Source: Octopus vulgaris (Eukaryota). From it: a stretch of 64,000 nt of DNA. The stretch lies in NCBI GenBank assembly GCA_951406725.2, contig OX597831.1, positions 28,272,001 through 28,336,000 of the forward strand. Reading direction: 5' to 3'. Both the position numbers and the translations under genes were made by a program. Positions 54,520 to 64,000 of this stretch are shown in pieces. The first letter of the stretch is position 1; every line of letters begins with the position of its first letter. The notes under the pieces were generated by a model, which saw nothing but the letters and a program-made list of their open reading frames with translations, did not search any database and was not told where the DNA came from.

Positions 54520-54868
54520 GCATATATATAAACATATATGTACGTACCTACCTCTACATGTACATATACACGCATATATGAGTACGGGACACCAAAAGGA
54601 CGTCGAACACAATGAGAAACGAAAACATAGACACAAACCAAAGGAACTGGACATTTATTTAAAAACAGCAAAAAAATAGAGTACAGGACAATTAACACAA
54701 AGAAAAAACCCCTTCTTCAGTCGCTAAAGGTTTCATCTACTCTACGTTTCGAAGGATAAAAGCGAGACGTATCTTCGACAAGAAAACTTTCCTTCCTGCG
54801 AAAAGCAAATCAATTAAAATTCTGAGATCTTTTCGCAGAGGGGTAAAAAATGGTAACAACAGGACAGT
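54520..54868 (-). mobile_element. Penelope-like terminal repeat; related copy at about 56740-56950
   Basis: Minus strand CGAAACGTAGA...GACTGAAGAAGGG. Shared GTACGTACCTAC...GGACACCA...GAGAAACGAAAAC block. Confidence 0.55.
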
Positions 54869-54887
54869 AGGATCATAAGGATTCTGT

Positions 54888-54972
<85 letters not shown>

Positions 54973-55189
54973 CACAGAATCATTATGATCCTTAAGTGTT
55001 AAATATGGTTTACGTGGGTTGGTGCATTCTGCACGATCTTCCAGATTTTACTGTGGCTAAGATTTTTCTATTGTCTTTCATTATGTTCTTATGTATTCGC
55101 GTTGTTCTTTTTTATTATGTCCGTTATTTTTTCCAAGAATTCTATATTGTACGTATTTCTGTCGTGCTAAATATTGGTATAAATCTATT

Positions 55190-55384
55190 ACTCTTTTATT
55201 TGTTTCAGTCATTTGATTGCGGCCATGCTAGAGCATCGCCTTTAGTCGAACAAATCGACCCCAGGACTTATTCTTTGTAAGCCTATTATATCGGTCTGTT
55301 TTGTCGAACCGCTAAGTTACGGGGACGTAAACGCACTAGCATCGGTTGTCAAGCGATGGTGGGGCACAAACACAGACGCACAAG

Positions 55385-55385
<1 letters not shown>
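55190..55385 (-). mobile_element. SINE family C, 3' half
   Basis: Consensus match. Confidence 0.85.
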
Positions 55386-55457
<72 letters not shown>

Positions 55458-55942
55458 TCACACATACATACACATACAAGCGATAGAGGCAGTATCAATA
55501 CCATGAAATAATAGTTATCCCTAATAAAACGTGAATGTTCTTTTAGAACAGCCTATACTGCGGTAGATACCATGAGAGAAACTCGCATATTGGATTTTGG
55601 TGCAGAATGTACGCTTTTTTGCACCATCTACGTTTAAGAGCCTTTAGTGGTTGACTCTCAATATTAACACTGCCTCTGTCGCTTATACATATCTTGATAT
55701 ATTTATTACCTAATATTTTTATGCAGAGCCTAAAAATAATAAGTATTAAACATATTAGATGTAAATAATTTTCCATTCATTACACAGCTTTTAACTAAAT
55801 GCTTAGAATACGATATATTATTCAGTAAATAACTAATACCAATCCTTTTGATATCACGCTGCCGTGAGAAGCCATCCATGAGATATACTTCCAGCTATGT
55901 ATAATTAACATTATCACTTTTCTATTCAAACCTTTTTTTATA

Positions 55943-55998
<56 letters not shown>

Positions 55999-56022
55999 AT
56001 ATATATATGTATGTATGTATAT

Positions 56023-56057
<35 letters not shown>

Positions 56058-56167
56058 ATATATATATATATTTATGAAATATATATATGTATATATATAT
56101 AGATATATGTGTATATATATATGTGTGTGTGTGTGTGTATGTACATGTATATATATATATAAAGATA

Positions 56168-56211
<44 letters not shown>

Positions 56212-56330
56212 GTATATATATATGTATATATTTATATAAACATGTATATATATAATATAAAGATATATACGTATATATATATATATATATATGTATATGT
56301 CTTTCTCTCTATCAATCAATCAATCAATCA

Positions 56331-56432
<102 letters not shown>

Positions 56433-56654
56433 GTCGCAGCCTACCCCAGCGTTCGAGCGTCCACCATTGACAAAGCCAGAGAAGGACGAAATCTCGTGAC
56501 CTTGTAAAAATCGGCAGTGGCGATGGTGGGTGATTTATCTCCCCTCTAGCTATGTCAACGAGAGTGATTATATGCGCCGATAACCAACATGAGAGTTACT
56601 CTCATTGTTACTATCCCTGTATACAGTGTTCTAACACACCATCCACTTTTAAAT

Positions 56655-56699
<45 letters not shown>

Positions 56700-57582
56700 A
56701 TAAATAAAATATATATAGTGTAATAAATAAAATATATGCATACATACAAACATATATGTACGTACCTACATCTACATGTATATATACATGCATATATATA
56801 ATATATATACGTGTGTACAGGACACCACAAATAGACGTAGAACTCAACGAGAAACGAAAACGTAAAAACAGCATGGAACGGACCATTTTTTTAACAACGA
56901 AAGAACAGAGTACAAGACAACTACGCAAGGAAAAAGCCCCTTCATCAGATGTCCATACACGTGCATATATATACATACACACATTCATACACACACATAT
57001 ATACACACATTTACTTATTTCCAGATCTATTTCCCACTAGAGTTCAGCGTGTTTTCGGTATATCTGTTCCGTTTATCAATAGGTCGATATTTATACTTCA
57101 TGCATATATATATTTATAGGCTACATAATAATAACAACCTACTTTATCACGTTAATACACATTAGTTATTAACGATTTATTTACCCCGTATTAATAATAT
57201 TCTAGCGTTTATATCTTGTTGGTGATGTACCAGTTAGCCCCAAGTCAATAATCTTAATATTAGCTTTAGAATTAATATTAGCCTTAGGTTTCTACACCAT
57301 TGCTCTCCTTTTCATCAGTTATCGCTAGATATCCATTTGTGCAATATTCTAATCATTACGTTGCTTCGGGGGATTTACAGAAAATACAAAGTACATTCAC
57401 GCACGCGCACACACACATGCACACATGTACACACACTCATAGATGTATATATGTATACACACATACATACACGGATACATGCATACATGCATACATAATA
57501 CATGTATATATGGATACACACACACACACATATATATATACATATATATATATAGTATATATATATATGTATATATATATAT

Positions 57583-57631
<49 letters not shown>

Positions 57632-57854
57632 TATATATGTGTATATGTATATATATACATGCAGACCTACAAGATATGTTTCGATTGGTATGCATATATA
57701 TCTTTTAAGTGTATGTATATTTTTAAATATATATATATATATATAGTTATATATGTGTATGTGTGTGTATGTGTGTACACGTCTGTATGTGTGCATATAT
57801 GTATATATATATATTTTTGTATAATTGCATATGCATATATACATACATACGTAT

Positions 57855-57929
<75 letters not shown>

Positions 57930-58000
57930 CACATATGGATGTATGTATGCTCTCTGTCGCTGTTCGTCTGTATGTATGTATGAACGTCTCTTCTATTATT

Positions 58001-59945
58001 TAATTATTATAAATCTTCCACTGAGGAGGGAGCCGGTTTCCAACAAAGATACAAGGCTCCATCTTTGGGATGTAGTTAACACGGACAAATTCACATTTGG
58101 AACTTGAGAAAAGTCTTGCATATTTTTACTGTTCCACTCACAGATTGCACTTGTAATGTACGAATTAGCCGGTCAGTTTCTCTTTCTGAAAATCCCAGTT
58201 TATCCAGTTTATCTCATTTAATCATTTACTAACAAAACCTAGTGCTCCAGTTATTATTGGTATAAATATGAATTCATAGTCTGGATATAGAAGCTGGAGC
58301 TTTCGAAGTAGTTGTCCATAGATATCCTCTTTCTCTTTGATTTTCAAAGAGATATTTATATCTGCAGGGCAGTTAACCTCTATGATGGTACATACTTTTG
58401 CCTCTCTGTGCCAAACAACAATATCCGACATGTTTTGCTTACATTTGACAGAAATTTTGATGGGATTATTCCACCAGTATTCCTTGAGTTGGTGTTTATA
58501 AATATATTCCATAACAGAGGGATTTTCTCAGTTTATTTCAAGACAATCTTTTTTGCGGATGTCATTGTAAATTGTTTTAGCAACAACATCGTACCACATA
58601 AAGAGGTAGTACCGTGACGACATGTTAGGACAGCTGCTAATCACATGTGTAATGTCTTCCACAGAAACATGACATAGCCTACACATGCGGTTGCACCTTG
58701 TGATTACAAGAGCATCACTGTCTCTCTTATTCACCAGGTTCTGTATGGCAATCCTCTGTTCCTGGATCGAAAACGCATAGCCTTCAAAGTGTGATGTGAT
58801 GTAGTGGTCTTGTGTCTAAGAGAGGTTGCACTTCGTGTCACTTCTACTGTCTTCTTCAAGCTTCCGGGCAACATACTCATGCATGGTCTTTTTTTGTATG
58901 CTGAGTGCTTTCCATCCAGGTCTTCTCTAAGCTAAGAGAGCCCAGCTGTTTTAAGGCTGTATAGAAGATAATTAGGAAGAGAGTGTTTCTTGAGGAGTTC
59001 ACTGGCAACTCGTACAATGTTACTCGCTTAACTTTTCAGGACTGCATTAATATATTTATTTTTGCTGCTGTTGTGTAGCAGGTGCTGCCTGAGTGATACC
59101 ATACGGCATCCGAAAACCATCTGCACTCATCTCAAGGCCTCTACACCCTTCATTTCTTCTTAGATAGAGCCTGTCAACATTAATGTTTCTGTGGAATTTC
59201 CCAGCTGTCTAGATTTTGCGGGTTTTGATATCTACTGAGTGGATTTTCTCGACAGACCAATCAAGTCTCCCAAATGTTGGGATCAGCACTGGTACTGCAA
59301 AACGCATTGTGGGATATTGTTTTGTTGTAAGAGGAGAGTTCCGCCTGCCATACTTTCCCAAGGCTGGTGTAATATTCTTGGGCCACTCTATTTTTATTCA
59401 CAGTGCCTTCATATGATACATTTTCGTCCATGCCTAGGTACTTGTAACATTTTTTATGTGGAATGGGGGAGATAGACAGGCCGTTGATGCACAGGTTTTG
59501 GGTTTGGGGGACTGACTTTACTCTTTCTATGACCAAATATGAACATTTCTTTTGGCCAAATTCCATGCCTATATCAGCTGAAAATGTTATAAATTCCAGT
59601 TGTTTTTTGGCATTGTTAACACTTTTAGCATAAATCTTCCAGTCGTCTCCAAAGAAATTTTAAGTTACGTTGATATTCCTGGCAGTTGAAGATCCTAGCA
59701 TGTAACCATTTGTTTTCTGCAGGAGGAACGATAATAGATTCAGTGCCAAAATGAAAAGAAGTACAAAATGACTATCTCCCTGGAATATTCCCTTTGAAAC
59801 GCCCATATTATTAGAAACAATTATTCTGTTCTCAGTTGTAAGGGTAAGAATTGTTGTCCATGTATTTATGAGTCTCTCTATAGCAGCAATTAAGGTTGTA
59901 GGTGCCTTTGCCAGATGTAGGCACTTCAACAGCCATGAATGAGGC
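58001..59945 (-). mobile_element. 5'-truncated R4/Dong-clade non-LTR retrotransposon (RT, CCHC, restriction-like endonuclease), pseudogenised
   Basis: GIFQGDS, FGDDWK, YKYLG, CRLC...HVISSC, SDIVVW...IIEV...KEKEDIY and IPIITGALG motifs. 3' end in a TAA-rich tract. Confidence 0.9.
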
Positions 59946-59997
59946 TATCTATGTATGAAGCTATGTATGTATGTATGTATGTATGTATGTATGTATG

Positions 59998-60029
<32 letters not shown>

Positions 60030-60200
60030 GCCATGATAGATCGCTAGCCACTACACATTCTTTATTTTCTCTCCTTGTTTCTTTCTGTGGAAGAGCGTAG
60101 GCTCGAAACGCTAAAGACTTTTTCACTCCCCGAGCGTTATACTAATACATCTGTTTCTTGTCTACACCACCTGTCTTCGTCTTTTTGTGAATTCTTCCTA
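60030..60200 (+). mobile_element. Short Penelope-like terminal fragment with a variant hammerhead
   Basis: CTTT-CTGTGGAA-GAGC-GTAG-GCTC-GAAA-CGCT-AAAG at 60081-60116. Homologous to 16500-16626. Confidence 0.6.
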
Positions 60201-60756
60201 TGTATGTATGCAAGTATGTATGACAACGGCTATCTGCTGCTGTACAGAACCGTCACCATACTGACCATTTCAGAGGCATTGGTTCTGAGCATTGGTTCTG
60301 GGTTTTCTCCGAACCCTAACTCGTCTATGAAACTGATTGATAAGATCGGCTAAAATGGGTCTATAGCATTGCATTGCACACACACTCACTTTCTCTCCAT
60401 CCACCTCTCTCTCTTTTTCTATCTCACACTCACACACAGAGAATGTACTGTTCTGTTACTGGTGGGATCAGCAAAAAATGCTGCATCCAATGAGAGATAA
60501 AGGCCATTTAATATACACAAGATTTAAATGTGAGCTACTATGAGTTCCATGTCTCTGAATGATTGCTTAGAAATACACGATACGCGATACAAACTTTTCC
60601 GTCCATTGTATTTAAAGAGGCATGAAACTAATAGCAGGTCACATTTAAAGTCTGTGCATATGATACACACACACACACACGCATCTCATATCATATACAC
60701 GCACATATACACAGACACACACACGCATACACACGTACACACACATGTATATATAT

Positions 60757-60985
60757 TTCTTTACTACCCACAAGGGGCTAAACACAGAGGAGACAAAGAA
60801 GGACAGACAAAGGGATTAAGTCGATTACATCGACCCCAGTGCGTAACTGGTACTTAATTTATCGACCCCGGAAGGATGAAAGGCAAAGTCGACCTCGGCG
60901 GAATTTGAACTCGGAACGTAACGGCAGACGAAATACGGCAACGCATTTCGCCCGGCGTGCTAACGTTTCTGCCAGCTCGCCGCTT
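60757..60985 (-). mobile_element. SINE family B, full length
   Basis: Consensus match. Confidence 0.92.
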
Positions 60986-61748
60986 AAATATATATATATA
61001 TATATATACACATGTATATATATATATATATATATACACACACATACATACATACAACACACAGATACACACACACATATATAAGGTTCTGTGGATACAC
61101 ATATGTATAGAAAAGAATGTGTATGTATACACACACAGAGACACACATTACGTGTATGTCTATGTGTTAATATATCTGACCGCGTATGTAAGTGAATGTA
61201 TTATGTATATTGATGTATAAATGGTGTTCGTCGGGCAGACAGTGCATTCTCTTATTCATGAGTGATTTTCGCCAGATCTATTCCAATAGAGATTTGGCGC
61301 CAATGAAATCTATCTCAGATTTGCTGGTTATAGTTTTTTTTCGATTCAGCGTATACACTAATTCCGCCACATCTGTCTCAGACATTTGATCTCTCACAAT
61401 AACCATCGCATTGTTGTCTCATTCCCAGAAACTTTTGGTAGCTACAATTAATGTATTTATTTTTTCCCAATTTTTGACTTCTGGAAATTTCCCCCGATGG
61501 ACTTAGAAATATAACTGGTATCAGTAACAACGGAAGAACGAGTAGTATGACGAAACTCGCCACTACCGAAACTTCGAAGTCACTGTCGACATTGCATGGA
61601 ATTGTATACACGTACACACACAGAACACAAAACACATTGCATATACAGACACGCACTGGTATTTGTCTATGTATATATGCATATATATATATATATGAAA
61701 AAACAAGTCAAAATAGAAAATGCTAAAATAATTTTATAAAGAACATTT

Positions 61749-61786
61749 CAGTACCGGTTTCGGTCATTTTGAGACCTTTTCAACTG
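61749..61786 (-). ncRNA. Minimal type I hammerhead motif with a U3-A8 core
   Basis: Minus strand CAG-TTGAAAA-GGTC-TCAAAAT-GACC-GAAA-CCGGTA-CTG. Palindromic stem III ACCGGT. Confidence 0.65.
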
Positions 61787-62010
61787 TAACGATTAAATAA
61801 TTAAATTTAGAAAAATTAAAAGAAAAGTTTTTTTAAAGGAATATTTGTATAGTGTTCAAATATAAGTGGCATTCTGCCTTTCTCTGTCTCCCTTGTTTGC
61901 ACTTGTGTGTTCGAGGCCGTTGTGTATATATATATATATATATATATATAACTATATAAAAATACCTACATACATATATATATACATACATTTATATATA
62001 CATACATACA

Positions 62011-62096
<86 letters not shown>

Positions 62097-62139
62097 TGTG
62101 TGTGTGTGTGTGTTTATGCATTTGTATGTTTTTATTTAT

Positions 62140-63100
62140 ATATATTAACTTCAAAACTAAGCTGAAAAATTCCAAGAAAACTTCAAAAGTGAAGAGTGGA
62201 CAGCAATTTGAGACTTCATCCAAGAAGCTGCTGAGAATATCATTGGTTTCATGAAAAGGAAGATCAAGGATTATTTCGATGAAAGCGACGAAGAAATCTC
62301 AAACGTCATCAATGTTAAAAGAGATGCTGACGTATCCTTTCAAGAAGATCCCATTTCAAACGAAGAAAAACGCTGCCAAGATCTCAAAACAATTATGTCA
62401 AACGTTGGTCAGAGAGATTCAAAACAAGTGGTAGATAGAAAAGGCCATTAAGCTTCAACGATGTGCAGACGCCAGGGGCCTTAGAAATCTCTACACCGGT
62501 ACTAAAAATAACTACACGGCATATCCCAAGCTTTAGCGTGTTCTTTGAAGGCTGCCGACGATGGCAACATTCTTACTGACAACCAAAAATATCCCGAGCC
62601 TCTGGAAGGAATTCTTGAGCACTTTTCCAAACAGGAGCTTAACAGAAGCGGAAGAGTTTCTTAGAAGAGTACTTCAACATTCTCCTCACCTGTGGATGTC
62701 GAACTCCACATTTTTTCGTGAATTCAGAAATGCCATCGAAAAGATGAAGTCACTTGATCCAGACAAAATCCTACTGGAATTTATAGAAAATGGTGGTCAG
62801 TCTTTAAGAACAATGCTAAATAGTAACTACATATATAAAGAATTCCCTGATAGTTACTTTCTTTAAGAACGGAGATCACAGCATTTGTGGGAGCTATCGT
62901 GGCTTATCTCTCCTATCCATCCTGGGAAAAGTTCTCTACCAGAAAACTGCCCAGCTGTTTTCTAGTTATCTCGAAGAAAGTGTTGCTGGAATCTAACTCT
63001 GGGTTTCGAGCCTCTAGCCAGGGTTTGACCACAGTCTTTAGCGGCTTCACATGAATTTAAACCTGATTAAGTCTAAGGCCCTGTTCAAATACATGGGCGT
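62140..63100 (+). mobile_element. Decayed RTE-clade LINE fragment (linker to RT start)
   Basis: DYFDESDEEI, AIEKMK...PDKILLEFIENGG and GDHSICGSYRGLSLLSILGKVL motifs. Confidence 0.75.
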
Positions 63101-63475
63101 GAATTCCAGCGTGCGGCCGCAGTCAGAACACTTGCTTTATCCCCTCTTGCTGGCCACGGCTTCATAGTCTCTGTTGCAGCTGCCCACTCCACGTCTCACA
63201 TCCTTTACGGTGTTGACAGAACATTGAATAGCAGTCGTGACGCCAGCATTTTGGTACCCGGCGTAAATCATCAAGATGCAGATACCTCTTTTCTAATACT
63301 CACTCCTCCTTGTCAGCTAACACTTCCTAACAACAACCCTAATCGTTATGCTCTTCAACACCGTTGATGGTTCACAATACATCAAGCTGTTCCTGAAAAA
63401 AGCCCCTAAAAAACAGGAGATTAAAAAATCGTCAAATTTAGCCCTGTAGTGTTGTATGGTACAGCTGCGGTAGCC

Positions 63476-63887
63476 TTTATTGCCCACAAAGGGCTAAACA
63501 TAGAGAGGAAAAACAAGGACAGACAAAGGGATTATGTTGATTACATCGACCCCAGTGCGTAACTGGTACTTATTTAATCGACCCCGAAAGGATGAAAGGC
63601 AAAGTCGACCTTGGTGGAATTTGAACTCAGAACGTAGCGGCAGACGAAATACCTATTTCTTTACTACCCACAAGGGGCTAAACATAGAGGGGACAAACAA
63701 GGACAGACATAGGTATTAAGTCGATTGTATCGACCCCAGTGCGTAACTGGTACTTATTTAATCGACCCCGAAAGGATGAAAGGCAAAGTCGACCTCGATG
63801 GAATTTGAACTCAGAACGTAAACACAGACGAACTACCGCTAAGCATTTCTTCCGGCGTGCTAACGTTTCTGCCAGCTCCCCACCTTA
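63476..63887 (-). mobile_element. SINE family B dimer
   Basis: Two units joined at 63653/63654. Confidence 0.9.
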
Positions 63888-64000
63888 GGAATATCTGTGT
63901 ATCTTAGGTAGACGTTAGATTTATTACTCAAAGGCAACAACATTTTCCAAATATTCTAAATGTATGCCTGTATGAATATCTTGGTTGATTTAGTTATTGC

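Noticed and set aside
61540-61590. Hammerhead-like GAAACTTCGAAGTC palindrome
   Set aside because: No acceptable CUGANGA core with a paired stem II.

Overview
AT-rich, microsatellite-dense animal genomic DNA, probably a coleoid cephalopod (Octopus-like; inferred from the SINE families, poly-Asn coding tracts and microsatellite load). Only one protein-coding segment is supportable: a 3.1-kb terminal exon (3204-6330, +) of an NHS/GUK-holder-like gene. There is one intact tRNA-Arg(CCT) gene with a 25-nt intron (24746-24843, -). The rest is mostly repeats: at least four tRNA-derived SINE families (many with TSDs and nested insertions), decayed RTE, CR1, R4/Dong and Penelope-like retroelements, Tc1/mariner/Merlin remnants, MITEs, two non-autonomous Helitrons and several minisatellites. 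Nearly all other ORFs in the track are repeat artefacts. Most notable observations: (1) the Arg(CCT) intron is complementary to a TCT-type anticodon loop; (2) a catalytically complete type I hammerhead ribozyme lies about 1 kb downstream of the NHS-like stop, with several variant-core hammerheads elsewhere; (3) one SINE makes the same self-junction four times; (4) a CpG-decay boundary lies near 23-24 kb, next to the tRNA gene. All calls were made by eye without database searches, so boundaries of degenerate elements are approximate.
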